This document shows, piece by piece, positions 1 through 15,000 of a stretch of 64,000 nt of DNA. A model generated the notes under the pieces. That model ran no database searches. It saw only the letters and a list, made by a program, of their open reading frames with translations, and was not told the DNA's origin. Position 1 is the stretch's first letter. The number at the start of each line of letters is the position of its first letter. The DNA is taken from positions 401,822,001-401,886,000 of the forward strand of contig OZ024741.1 of assembly GCA_964016885.1 (NCBI GenBank). The letters are read 5' to 3'. The DNA comes from Eledone cirrhosa. Lineage: Eukaryota. The position numbers were made by a program, and so were the translations under genes.

Positions 1-3000
1 CATCTAAATAGGGCTGTGTATTGACAGAACTGGTAGAATGTCTGGCTACCATCTAAATAGGGCTGTGTATTGACAAAACTGGTAGAATGTCAGGCTACCA
101 TCTAAATAGGGCTGTGTATTGAGAGAACTGGTAGAATGTCAGACTACCATCTAAATAGGGCTGTGTATTGACAGAACTGGTAGAATGTCAGACTACCATC
201 TAAATAGTTAGGGCTGTGTCTTGACAGAACTGGTAGAATGTCAGACTACCATCTAAATAGGGCTGTGTATTGACAGAACTGGTAAAATGTCAGACTAACA
301 TCTAAATAGGGCTGTTTATTGACAGAACTGGTAGAATGTCAGACTACCATCTAAATAGTTAGGGCTGTGTATTGACAGAACTGGTAGAATGTCAGACTAC
401 CATCTAAATAGTTAGGGCTGTGTATTGACAGAACTGGTAGAATGTCAGACTACCATCTAAATAGGGCTGTGTATTGACAGAACTGGTAGAATGTCAGACT
501 AACATCTAAATAGGGCTGTGTATTGACAGAACTGGTAGAATGTCAGACTACCATCTAAATAGTGCTGTGTATTGACAGAACTGGTAGAATGTCAGACTAC
601 CATCTAAATAGGGCTGTGTATTGACAGAACTGGTAGAATGTCAGACTACCATCTAAATAGGGCTGTGTATTGACAGAACTGGCAGAATGTCAGACTACCA
701 TCTAAATAGGGCTGTGTATTGACAGAACTGGTAGAATGTCAGACTACCATCTAAATAGTTAGGGCTGTGTATTGACAGAACTGGTAGAATGTCAGACTAC
801 CATCTAAATAGTGCTGTGTATTGACAGAACTGGTAGAATGTCAGACTACCATCTAAATAGTTAGGGCTGTGTATTGACAGAACTGGTAGAATGTCAAACT
901 ACCATCTAAATAGTGCTGTGTATTGACACAACTGGTAGAATGTCAGACTACCATCTAAATAATTAGGGCTGTGTATTGACAGAACTGGTAGAATGTCAGA
1001 CTACCATCTAAATAGGGTTGTGTATTGAAAGAACTGGTAGAATGTCAGACTACCATCTAAATAGGGCTGTGTATTGACAGAATTGGTAGAATGTCAGACT
1101 ACCATCTAAATAGGGCTGTGTATTGACAACTGGTAGAATGTCAGACTACCATCTAAATAGGACTGTGTATTGACAGAACTGGTAGAATGTCAGACTACCA
1201 TCTAAATAGTTAGGGCTGTGTATTGACAGAACTGGTAGAATGTCAGACTAACATCTAAATAGTTAGGGCTGTGGATTGACAGAACTGGTAGAATGTCAGA
1301 CTACCATCTAAATAGGGCTGTGTATTGACAGAACTGGTAGAATGTCAGACTACCATCTAAATAGTTAGGGCTGTGTATTGACAGAACTGGTAGAATGTCA
1401 GACTACCATCTAAATAGGGCTGTGTATTGACAGAACTGGTAGAATATCAGACTACCATCTAAATAGGGCTGTGTATTGACAGAACTGGTAGAATGTCAGA
1501 CTGCCATCTAAATAGTTAGGGCTGTGTATTGACAGAACTGGTAGAATGTCAGACTAACATCTAAATAGGGCTGTGTATTGGCAAAACTGGTAGAATGTCA
1601 GACTACCATCTAAATAGGGCTGTGTATTGACAAAACTGGTAGAATGTCAGACTACCATCTAAATAGTTAGGGCTGTGTATTGACAGAACTGGTAGAATGT
1701 CAGACTACCATCTAAATAGTTAGGGCTGTGTATTGACAGAACTGGTAGAATGTCAGACTACCATCTAAATAGCGCTGTGTATTGACAGAACTGGTAGAAT
1801 ATCAGACTACCATCTAAATAGGGCTGTGTATTGACAGAACTGGTAGAATGTCAGACTACCATCTAAATAGGGCTGTGTATTGACAGAACTGGTAGAATGT
1901 CAGACTACCATCTAAATAGGACTGTGTATTGGCAAAACTGGTAGAATGTCAGGCTACCATCTAAATAGGGCTGTGTATTGACAAACCTGGTAGAATGTCA
2001 GGCTACCATCTAAATAGGGCTGTGTTTTGACAGAACTGGTAGAATGTCAGACTACCATCTAAATAGGGCTGTGTATTGACAGAACTGGTAGAATGTCAGA
2101 CTACCATCTAAATAGGGCTGTGTATTCACAGAACTGGTAGAATGTCAGACTACCATCTAAATAGTTAGGGCTGTGTATTGGCAAAACTGGTAGAATGTCA
2201 GACTACCATCTAAATAGGGCTGTGTTTTGACAGAACTGGTAGAATGTCAGACTACCATCTAAATAGGGCTGTATATTGACAGAACTGGTAGAATGTCAGA
2301 CTGCCATCTAAATAGGGTTGTGTATTGGCAGAACTGGTAGAATGTCAGACTAACATCTAAATAGGGCTGTGTATTGACAGAACTGGTAGAATATCAGACT
2401 ACCATCTAAATAGGGCTGTGTATTGACAGAACTGGTAGAATGTCAGACTACCATCTAAATAGGGCTGTGTATTGACAGAACTGGTAGAATGTCAGACTAC
2501 CATCTAAATAGGGCTGTGTATTGACAGAACTGGTTGAGTGTCAGACTACCATCTAAATAGGACTGTGTATTGCCAAAACTGGTTGAATGTCAGACTACCA
2601 TCTAAATAGGGCTGTGTATTGACAGAACTGGTAGAATGTCAGACTACCATCTAAATAGGGCTGTGTATTGACAGAACTGGTAGAATGTCAGACTACCATC
2701 TAAATAGGGCTGTGTATTGACAGAACTGGTAGAATGTCAGACTACCATCTAAATAGGGCTGTGTATTGACAGAACTGGTAGAATGTCAGACTAACATCTA
2801 AATAGTTAGGGCTGTGTATTGACAGAACTGGTAGAATGTCAGACTACCATCTAAATAGGGCTGTGTATTGACAGAACTGGTAGAATGTCAGACTACCATC
2901 TAAATAGGGCTGTGTATTGACAGAACTGGTAGAATGTCAGACTACCATCTAAATAGGGCTGTGTATTGACAGAACTGGTAGAATGTCAGACTACCATCTA

Positions 3001-6000
3001 AATAGGGCTGTGTATTGACAGAACTGGTAGAATGTCAGACTACCATCTAAATAGGGCTGTGTATTGACAGAACTGGTAGAATGTCAGACTACCATCTAAA
3101 TAGGGCTGTGTATTGACAGAACTGGTAGAATGTCAGACTACCATCTAAATAGGGCTGTGTTTTGACAGAACTGGTAGAATGTCAGACTAACATCTAAATA
3201 GTTAGGGCTGTGTATTGACAGAACTGGTAGAATGTCAGACTACCATCTAAATAGGGCTGTGTATTGGCAAAACTGGTAGAATGTCAGACTAACATCTAAA
3301 TAGGGTTGTGTATTGACAGAACTGGTAGAATGTCAGACTACCATCTAAATAGGGTTGTGTATTGGCAAAACTGGTAGAATGTCAGACTAACATCTAAATA
3401 AGGCTGTGTATTGGCAAAACTGGTAGAATGTCAGACTACCATCTAAATAGGGCTGTGTATTGACAGAACTGGTAGAATGTCAGACTGCCATCTAAATAGG
3501 GCTGTGTAAATGCAGAACTGGTAGAATGTCAGACTACCATCTAAATAGGGCTGTGTATTGGCAAAACTGGTAGAATGTCAGACTACCATCTAAATAGGGC
3601 TGTGTATTGACAAAACTGGTAGAATGTCAGGCTACCATCTAAATAGGGCTGTGTTTTGACAGAACTGGTAGAATGTCAGACTACCATCTAAATAGGGCTG
3701 TGTATTGGCAAAACTGGTAGAATGTCAGACTACCATCTAAATAGGGCTGTGTATAGACAAAACTGGTAGAATGTCAGACTACCATCTAAATAGGGCTGTG
3801 TATTGACAGAACTGGTAGAATGTCAGGCTACCATCTAAATAGGGCTGTGTATTGGCAAAACTGGTAGAATATCAGGCTACCATCTAAATAGGGCTGTGTA
3901 TTGACAAAACTGGTAGAATGTCAGGCTACCATCTAAATAGGGCTGTGTTTTGACAGAACTGGTAGAATGTCAGACTACCATCTAAATAGGGCTGTGTATT
4001 GACAGAACTGGTTGAATGTCAGACTACCATCTAAATAGGGCTGTGTATTGACAGAACTGGTAGAATGTCAGACTACCATCTAAATAGTTAGGGCTGTGTA
4101 TTGACAGAACTGGTAGAATGTCAGACTACCATCTAAATAGTTAGGGCTGTGTATTGACAGAACTGGTAGAATGTCAGACTACCATCTAAATAGGGCTGTG
4201 TATTGACAGAACTGGTAGAATGTCAGACTAACATCTAAATAGGGCTGTGTATTGACAGAACTAGTAGAATGTCAGACTACCATCTAAATAGTGCTGTGTA
4301 TTGACAGAACTGGTAGAATGTCAGACTACCATCTAAATAGGGCTGTGTATTGACAGAACTGGTAGAATGTCAGACTACCATCTAAATAGGGCTGTGTATT
4401 GACAGAACTGGTAGAATGTCAGACTACCATCTAAATAGGGCTGTGTATTGACAGAACTGGTAGAATGTCAGACTACCATCTAAATAGTTAGGGCTGTGTA
4501 TTGACAGAACTGGTAGAATGTCAGACTACCATCTAAATAGTGCTGTGTATTGACAGAACTGGTAGAATGTCAGACTACCATCTAAATAGTTAGGGCTGTG
4601 TATTGACAGAACTGGTAGAATGTCAAACTACCATCTAAATAGTGCTGTGTATTGACACAACTGGTAGAATGTCAGACTACCATCTAAATAATTAGGGCTG
4701 TGTATTGACAGAACTGGTAGAATGTCAGACTACCATCTAAATAGGGTTGTGTATTGAAAGAACTGGTAGAATGTCAGACTACCATCTAAATAGGGCTGTG
4801 TATTGACAGAATTGGTAGAATGTCAGACTACCATCTAAATAGGGCTGTGTATTGACAACTGGTAGAATGTCAGACTACCATCTAAATAGGACTGTGTATT
4901 GACAGAACTGGTAGAATGTCAGACTACCATCTAAATAGTTAGGGCTGTGTATTGACAGAACTGGTAGAATGTCAGACTACCATCTAAATAGTTAGGGCTG
5001 TGGATTGACAGAACTGGTAGAATGTCAGACTACCATCTAAATAGGGCTGTGTATTGACAGAACTGGTAGAATGTCAGACTACCATCTAAATAGTTAGGGC
5101 TGTGTATTGACAGAACTGGTAGAATGTCAGACTACCATCTAAATAGGGCTGTGTATTGACAGAACTGGTAGAATATCAGACTACCTTCTAAATAGGGCTG
5201 TGTATTGACAGAACTGGTAGAATGTCAGACTGCCATCTAAATAGTTAGGGCTGTGTATTGACAGAACTGGTAGAATGTCAGACTAACATCTAAATAGGGC
5301 TGTGTATTGGCAAAACTGGTAGAATGTCAGACTACCATCTAAATAGGGCTGTGTATTGACAAAACTGGTAGAATGTCAGACTACCATCTAAATAGTTAGG
5401 GCTGTGTATTGACAGAACTGGTAGAATGTCAGACTACCATCTAAATAGTTAGGGCTGTGTATTGACAGAACTGGTAGAATGTCAGACTACCATCTAAATA
5501 GGACTGTGTATTGGCAAAACTGGTAGAATGTCAGGCTACCATCTAAATAGGGCTGTGTATTGACAAACCTGGTAGAATGTCAGGCTACCATCTAAATAGG
5601 GCTGTGTTTTGACAGAACTGGTAGAATGTCAGACTACCATCTAAATAGGGCTGTGTATTGACAGAACTGGTAGAATGTCAGACTACCATCTAAATAGGGC
5701 TGTGTATTCACAGAACTGGTAGAATGTCAGACTACCATCTAAATAGTTAGGGCTGTGTATTGGCAAAACTGGTAGAATGTCAGACTACCATCTAAATAGG
5801 GCTGTGTTTTGACAGAACTGGTAGAATGTCAGACTACCATCTAAATAGGGCTGTATATTGACAGAACTGGTAGAATGTCAGACTGCCATCTAAATAGGGT
5901 TGTGTATTGGCAGAACTGGTAGAATGTCAGACTAACATCTAAATAGGGCTGTGTATTGACAGAACTGGTAGAATATCAGACTACCATCTAAATAGGGCTG

Positions 6001-9000
6001 TGTATTGACAGAACTGGTAGAATGTCAGACTACCATCTAAATAGGGCTGTGTATTGACAGAACTGGTTGAGTGTCAGACTACCATCTAAATAGGACTGTG
6101 TATTGCCAAAACTGGTTGAATGTCAGACTACCATCTAAATAGGGCTGTGTTTTGACAGAACTGGTAGAATGTCAGACTACCATCTAAATAGGGCTGTGTA
6201 TTGACAGAACTGGTAGAATGTCAGACTACCATCTAAATAGGGCTGTGTTTTGACAGAACTGGTAGAATGTCAGACTAACATCTAAATAGTTAGGGCTGTG
6301 TATTGACAGAACTGGTAGAATGTCAGACTACCATCTAAATAGGGCTGTGTATTGGCAAAACTGGTAGAATGTCAGACTAACATCTAAATAGGGTTGTGTA
6401 TTGACAGAACTGGTAGAATGTCAGACTACCATCTAAATAGGGCTGTGTATTGGCAAAACTGGTAGAATGTCAGACTAACATCTAAATAAGGCTGTGTATT
6501 GGCAAAACTGGTAGAATATCAGACTAATATCTAAATAGTTAGGGCTGTGTATTGACAGAACTGGTAGAATGTCAGACTACCATCTAAATAGGGCTGTGTA
6601 TTGGCAAAACTGGTAGAATGTCAGACTACCATCTAAATAGGGCTGTGTTTTGACAGAACTGGTAGAATGTCAGACTACCATCTAAATAGGGCTGTGTATT
6701 GACAGAACTGGTAGAATGTCAGACTGCCATCTAAATAGGGCTGTGTAAATGCAGAACTGGTAGAATGTCAGACTACCATCTAAATAGGGCTGTGTATTGG
6801 CAAAACTGGTAGAATGTCAGACTACCATCTAAATAGGGCTGTGTATTGACAGAACTGGTAGAATGTCAGGCTACCATCTAAATAGGGCTGTGTATTGGCA
6901 AAACTGGTAGAATGTCAGGCTACCATCTAAATAGGGCTGTGTATTGACAAAACTGGTAGAATGTCAGGCTACCATCTAAATAGGGCTGTGTTTTGACAGA
7001 ACTGGTAGAATGTCAGACTACCATCTAAATAGGGCTGTGTATTGACAGAACTGGTTGAATGTCAGACTACCATCTAAATAGGGCTGTGTATTGACAGAAC
7101 TGGTAGAATGTCAGACTACCATCTAAATAGTTAGGGCTGTGTATTGGCAAAACTGGTAGAATGTCAGACTACCATCTAAATAGGGCTGTGTATTGACAGA
7201 ACTGGTAGAATGTCTGGTTACCATCTAAATAGGGCTGTGTATTGACAAAACTGGTAGAATGTCAGGCTACCATCTAAATAGGGCTGTGTATTGACAGAAC
7301 TGGTAGAATGTCAGACTACCATCTAAATAGGGCTGTGTATTGACAGAACTGGTAGAATGTCAGACTACCATCTAAATAGGGCTGTGTATTGGCAAAACTG
7401 GTAGCATGTCAGACTAACATCTAAATAGGGCTGTGTATTGACAAAACTGGTAGAATGTCAGACTACCATCTAAATAGGGCTGTGTATTGACAACTGGTAG
7501 AATGTCAGACTACCATCTAAATAGGACTGTGTATTGACAGAACTGGTAGAATGTCAGACTACCATCTAAATAGTTAGGGCTGTGTATTGACAGAACTGGT
7601 AGAATGTCAGACTACCATCTAAATAGTTAGGGCTGTGAATTGACAGAACTGGTAGAATGTCAGACTACCATCTAAATAGGGCTGTGTATTGACAGAACTG
7701 GTAGAATGTCAGACTACCATCTAAATAGTTAGGGCTGTGTATTGACAGAACTGGTAGAATGTCAGACTACCATCTAAATAGGGCTGTGTATTGACAGAAC
7801 TGGTAGCATGTCAGACTAACATCTAAATAGGGCTGTTTATTGACAGAACTGGTAGAATGTCAGACTACCATCTAAATAGTTAGGGCTGTGTATTGACAGA
7901 ACTGGTAGAATGTCAGACTACCATCTAAATAGTTAGGGCTGTGTATTGACAGAACTGGTAGAATGTCAGACTACCATCTAAATAGGGCTGTGTATTGACA
8001 GAACTGGTAGAATGTCAGACTAACATCTAAATAGGGCTGTGTATTGACAGAACTGGTAGAATGTCAGACTACCATCTAAATAGTGCTGTGTATTGACAGA
8101 ACTGGTAGAATGTCAGACTACCATCTAAATAGGGCTGTGTATTGACAGAACTGGTAGAATGTCAGACTACCATCTAAATAGGGCTGTGTATTGACAGAAC
8201 TGGTAGAATGTCAGACTACCATCTAAATAGGGCTGTGTATTGACAGAACTGGTAGAATGTCAGACTACCATCTAAATAGTTAGGGCTGTGTATTGACAGA
8301 ACTGGTAGAATGTCAGACTACCATCTAAATAGTGCTGTGTATTGACAGAACTGGTAGAATGTCAGACTACCGTCTAAATAGTTAGGGCTGTGTATTGACA
8401 CAACTGGTAGAATGTCAGACTACCATCTAAATAATTAGGGCTGTGTATTGACAGAACTGGTAGAATGTCAGACTACCATCTAAATAGGGTTGTGTATTGA
8501 AAGAACTGGTAGAATGTCAGACTACCATCTAAATAGGGCTGTGTATTGACAGAACTGGTAGAATGTCAGACTACCATCTAAATAGGGCTGTGTATTGACA
8601 ACTGGTAGAATGTCAGACTACCATCTAAATAGGACTGTGTATTGACAGAACTGGTAGAATGTCAGACTACCATCTAAATAGTTAGGGCTGTGTATTGACA
8701 GAACTGGTAGAATGTCAGACTACCATCTAAATAGTTAGGGCTGTGAATTGACAGAACTGGTAGAATGTCAGACTACCATCTAAATAGGGCTGTGTATTGA
8801 CAGAACTGGTAGAATGTCAGACTACCATCTAAATAGTTAGGGCTGTGTATTGACAGAACTGGTAGAATGTCAGACTACCATCTAAATAGGGCTGTGTATT
8901 GACAGAACTGGTAGAATATCAGACTACCATCTAAATAGGGCTGTGTATTGACAGAACTGGTAGAATGTCAGACTGCCATCTAAATAGTTAGGGCTGTGTA

Positions 9001-12000
9001 TTGACAGAACTGGTAGAATGTCAGACTACCATCTAAATAGGGCTGTGTATTGACAGAACTGGTAGAATGTCAGACTGCCATCTAAATAGGGCTGTGTAAA
9101 TGCAGAACTGGTAGAATGTCAGACTACCATCTAAATAGGGCTGTGTATTGGCAAAACTGGTAGAATGTCAGACTACCATCTAAATAGGGCTGTGTATTGA
9201 CAAAACTGGTAGAATGTCAGGCTACCATCTAAATAGGGCTGTGTTTTGACAGAACTGGTAGAATGTCAGACTACCATCTAAATAGGGCTGTGTATTGGCA
9301 AAACTGGTAGAATGTCAGACTACCATCTAAATAGGGCTGTGTATTGACAAAACTGGTAGAATGTCAGACTACCATCTAAATAGGGCTGTGTATTGACAGA
9401 ACTGGTAGAATGTCAGGCTACCATCTAAATAGGGCTGTGTATTGGCAAAACTGGTAGAATGTCAGGCTACCATCTAAATAGGGCTGTGTATTGACAAAAC
9501 TGGTAGAATGTCAGGCTACCATCTAAATAGGGCTGTGTTTTGACAGAACTGGTAGAATGTCAGACTACCATCTAAATAGGGCTGTGTATTGACAGAACTG
9601 GTTGAATGTCAGACTACCATCTAAATAGGGCTGTGTATTGACAGAACTGGTAGAATGTCAGACTACCATCTAAATAGTTAGGGCTGTGTATTGGCAAAAC
9701 TGGTAGAATGTCAGACTACCATCTAAATAGGGCTGTGTATTGACAGAACTGGTAGAATGTCTGGCTACCATCTAAATAGGGCTGTGTATTGACAAAACTG
9801 GTAGAATGTCAGGCTACCATCTAAATAGGGCTGTGTATTGACAGAACTGGTAGAATGTCAGACTACCATCTAAATAGGGCTGTGTATTGACAGAACTGGT
9901 AGAATGTCAGACTACCATCTAAATAGTTAGGGCTGTGTATTGACAGAACTGGTAGAATGTCAGACTACCATCTAAATAGGGCTGTGTATTGACAGAACTG
10001 GTAGCATGTCAGACTAACATCTAAATAGGGTTGTGTATTGAAAGAACTGGTAGAATGTCAGACTACCATCTAAATAATTAGGGCTGTGTATTGACAGAAC
10101 TGGTAGAATGTCAGACTACCATCTAAATAGGGTTGTGTATTGAAAGAACTGGTAGAATGTCAGACTACCATCTAAATAGGGCTGTGTATTGACAGAACTG
10201 GTAGAATGTCAGACTACCATCTAAATAGGGCTGTGTATTGACAACTGGTAGAATGTCAGACTACCATCTAAATAGGACTGTGTATTGACAGAACTGGTAG
10301 AATGTCAGACTACCATCTAAATAGTTAGGGCTGTGTATTGACAGAACTGGTAGAATGTCAGACTACCATCTAAATAGTTAGGGCTGTGAATTGACAGAAC
10401 TGGTAGAATGTCAGACTACCATCTAAATAGGGATGTGTATTGACAGAACTGGTAGAATGTCAGACTACCATCTAAATAGTTAGGGCTGTGTATTGACAGA
10501 ACTGGTAGAATGTCAGACTACCATCTAAATAGGGCTGTGTATTGACAGAACTGGTAGAATATCAGACTACCATCTAAATAGGGCTGTGTATTGACAGAAC
10601 TGGTAGAATGTCAGACTGCCATCTAAATAGTTAGGGCTGTGTATTGACAGAACTGGTAGAATGTCAGACTAACATCTAAATAGGGCTGTGTATTGGCAAA
10701 ACTGGTAGAATGTCAGACTACCATCTAAATAGAGCTGTGTATTGACAAAACTGGTAGAATGTCAGACTACCATCTAAATAGTTAGGGCTGTGTATTGACA
10801 GAACTGGTAGAATGTCAGACTACCATCTAAATAGTTAGGGCTGTGTATTGACAGAACTGGTAGAATGTCAGACTACCATCTAAATAGGGCTGTGTATTGA
10901 CAGAACTGGTAGAATGTGAGACTACCATCTAAATAGTTAGGGCTGTGTATTGACAGAACTGGTAGAATGTCAGACTACCATCTAAATAGCACTGTGTATT
11001 GACAGAACTGGTAGAATATCAGACTACCATCTAAATAGGGCTGTGTATTGACAGAACTGGTAGAATGTCAGACTACCATCTAAATAGGGCTGTGTATTGA
11101 CAGAACTGGTAGAATGTCAGACCTCCATCTAAATAGGACTGTGTATTGGCAAAACTGGTAGAATGTCAGACTACCATCTAAATAGGGCTGTGTTTTGACA
11201 GAACTGGTAGAATGTCAGACTACCATCTAAATAGGGCTGTGTATTGACAGAACTGGTAGAATGTCAGACTACCATCTAAATAGGGCTGCGTATTGGCAAA
11301 ACTGGTAGAATGTCAGACTAACATCTAAATAGGGCTGTGTATTGGCAAAACTGGTAGAATGTCAGACTAATATCTAAATAGTTAGGGCTGTGTATTGACA
11401 GAACTGGTAGAATGTCAGACTACCATCTAAATAGGGCTGTGTATTGGCAAAACTGGTAGAATGTCAGACTACCATCTAAATAGGGCTGTGTTTTGACAGA
11501 ACTGGTAGAATGTCAGACTACCATCTAAATAGGGCTGTGTATTGACAGAACTGGTAGAATGTCAGACTGCCATCTAAATAGGGCTGTGTATTGGCAGAAC
11601 TGGTAGAATGTCAGACTACCATCTAAATAGGGCTGTGTATTGGCAAAACTGGTAGAATGTCAGACTACCATCTAAATAGGGCTGTTTATTGACAAAACTG
11701 GTAGAATGTCAGGCTACCATCTAAATAGGGCTGTGTTTTGACAGAACTGGTAGAATGTCAGACTACCATCTAAATAGGGCTGTGTTTTGACAGAACTGGT
11801 AGAATGTCAGACTACCATCTAAATAGGGCTGTGTATTGACAGAACTGGTAGAATGTCAGACTACCATCTAAATAGTTAGGGCTGTGTATTGGCAAAACTG
11901 GTAGAATGTCAGGCTACCATCTAAATAGGGCTGTCTATTGACAGAACTGGTAGAATGTCAGACTAACATCTAAATAGGGCTGTGTTTTGACAGAACTGGT

Positions 12001-15000
12001 AGAACGTCAGACTACCATCTAAATAGGGCTGTGTATTGACATAACTGGTAGAATGTCAGACTGCCATCTAAATAGGGCTGTGTATTTACAGAACTGGTAG
12101 AATGTCAGGCTACCATCTAAATAGGGCTGTGTATTGACAAAACTGGTAGAATGTCAGGCTACCATCTAAATAGGGCTGTGTATTGACAGAACTGGTAGAA
12201 TGTCAGACTACCATCTAAATAGGGCTGTGTATTGACAGAACTGGTAGAATGTCAGACTACCATCTTAATAGTTAGGGCTGTGTATTGACAGAACTGGTAG
12301 AATGTCAGACTAACATCTAAATAGGGCTGTGTATTGACAGAACTGGTAGAATGTCAGACTACCATCTAAATAGTTAGGGCTGTGTATTGACAGAACTGGT
12401 AGAATGTCATACTACCATCTAAATAGTTAGGGCTGTGTATTGACAGAACTGGTAGAATGTCAGACTACCATCTAAATAGGGCTGTGTATTGACAGAACTG
12501 GTAGAATGTCAGACTAACATCTAAATAGGGCTGTGTATTGACAGAACTGGTAGAATGTCAGACTACCATCTAAATAGTGCGGTGTATTGACAGAACTGGT
12601 AGAATGTCAGACTACCATCTAAATAGGGCTGTGTATTGATAGAACTGGTAGAATGTCAGACTACCATCTAAATAGGGCTGTGTATTGACAGAACTGGTAG
12701 AATGTCAGACTACCATCTAAATAGGGCTGTGTATTGACAGAACTGGTAGAATGTCTGACTACCATCTAAATAGTTAGGCCTGTGTATTGACAGAGCTGGT
12801 AGAATTTCAGACTACCATCTAAATAGTGCTGTGTATTGACAGAACTGGTAGAATGTCAGACTACCATCTAAATAGTTAGGGCTGTGTATTGACAGAACTG
12901 GTAGAATGTCAGACTACCATCTAAATAGTGCTGTGTATTGACAGAACTGGTAGAATGTCAGACTACCATCTAAATAGTTAGGGCTGTGTATTGACAGAAC
13001 TGGTAGAATGTCAGACTACCATCTAAATAGGGTTGTGTATTGAAAGAACTGGTAGAATGTCAGACTGCCATCTAAATAGGGCTGTGTATTGACAGAACTG
13101 GTAGAATGTCAGGCTACCATCTAAATAGGGCTGTGTTTTGACAGAACTGGTAGAATGTCAGACTACCATCTAAATAGGGCTGTGTATTGGCAAAACTGGT
13201 AGAATGTCAGACTACCATCTAAATAGGGCTGTGTATTGACAAAACTGGTAGAATGTCAGACTACCATCTAAATAGGGCTGTGTATTGACAGAACTGGTAG
13301 AATGTCAGGCTACCATCTAAATAGGGCTGTGTATTAGCAAAACTCGTAGAATGTCAGGCTACCATCTAAATAGGGCTGTGTATTGACAAAACTGGTAGAA
13401 TGTCAGACTACCATCTAAATAGTTAGGGCTGTGTATTGACAGAACTGGTAGAATGTCAGACTACCATCTAAATTGGGCTGTGTATTGACAGAACTGGTAG
13501 AACGTCAGACTAACATCTAAATAGGGCTGTTTATTGACAGAACTGGTAGAATGTCAGACTACCATCTAAATAGTTAGGGCTGTGTATTGACAGAACTGGT
13601 AGAATGTCAGACTACCATCTAAATAGTTAGGGCTGTGTATTGACAGAACTGGTAGAATGTCAGACTACCATCTAAATAGGGCTGTGTATTGACAGAACTG
13701 GTAGAATGTCAGACTAACATCTAAATAGGGCTGTGTATTGACAGAACTGGTAGAATGTCAGACTACCATCTAAATAGTGCTGTGTATTGACAGAACTGGT
13801 AGAATGTCAGACTACCATCTAAATAGGGCTGTGTATTGACAGAACTGGTAGAATGTCAGACTACCATCTAAATAGGGCTGTGTATTGACAGAACTGGTAG
13901 AATGTCAGACTACCATCTAAATAGGGCTGTGTATTGACAGAACTGGTAGAATGTCAGACTACCATCTAAATAGTTAGGGCTGTGTATTGACAGAACTGGT
14001 AGAATGTCAAACTACCATCTAAATAGTGCTGTGTATTGACACAACTGGTAGAATGTCAGACTACCATCTAAATAATTAGGGCTGTGTATTGACAGAACTG
14101 GTAGAATGTCAGACTACCATCTAAATAGGGTTGTGTATTGAAAGAACTGGTAGAATGTCAGACTACCATCTAAATAGGGCTGTGTATTGACAGAACTGGT
14201 AGAATGTCAGACTACCATCTAAATAGGGATGTGTATTGACAACTGGTAGAATGTCAGACTACCATCTAAATAGGGATGTGTATTGACAACTGGTAGAATG
14301 TCAGACTACCATCTAAATAGGACTGTGTATTGACAGAACTGGTAGAATGTCAGACTACCATCTAAATCGTTAGGGCTGTGTATTGACAGAACTGGTAGAA
14401 TGTCAGACTACCATCTAAATAGGACTGTATTGGCAAAACTGGTAGAATGTCAGACTACCATCTAAATAGGGCTGTGTTTTGACAGAACTGGTAGAATGTC
14501 AGACTACCATCTAAATAGGGCTGTGTATTGACAGAACTGGTAGAATGTCAGACTACCATCTAAATAGGGCAGTGTTTTGACAGAACTGGTAGAATGTCAG
14601 ACTAACATCAAAATAGTTAGGGCTGTGTATTGGCAAAACTGGTAGAATGTCAGGCTACCATCTAAATAGGGCTGTGTATTGACAGAACTGGTAGAATGTC
14701 AGACTAACATCTAAATAGGGCTGTGTATTGACAGAACTGGTAGAATGTCAGACTACCATCTAAATAGGGCTGTGTATTGGCAAAACTGGTAGAATGTCAG
14801 ACTAACATCTAAATAGGGCTGTGTATTGGCAAAACTGGTAGAATGTCAGACTAATATCTAAATAGTTAGGGCTGTGTATTGACAGAACTGGTAGAATGTC
14901 AGACTACCATCTAAATAGGGCTGTGTATTGGCAAAACTGGTAGAATGTCAGACTACCATCTAAATAGGGCTGTGTTTTGACAGAACTGGTAGAATGTCAG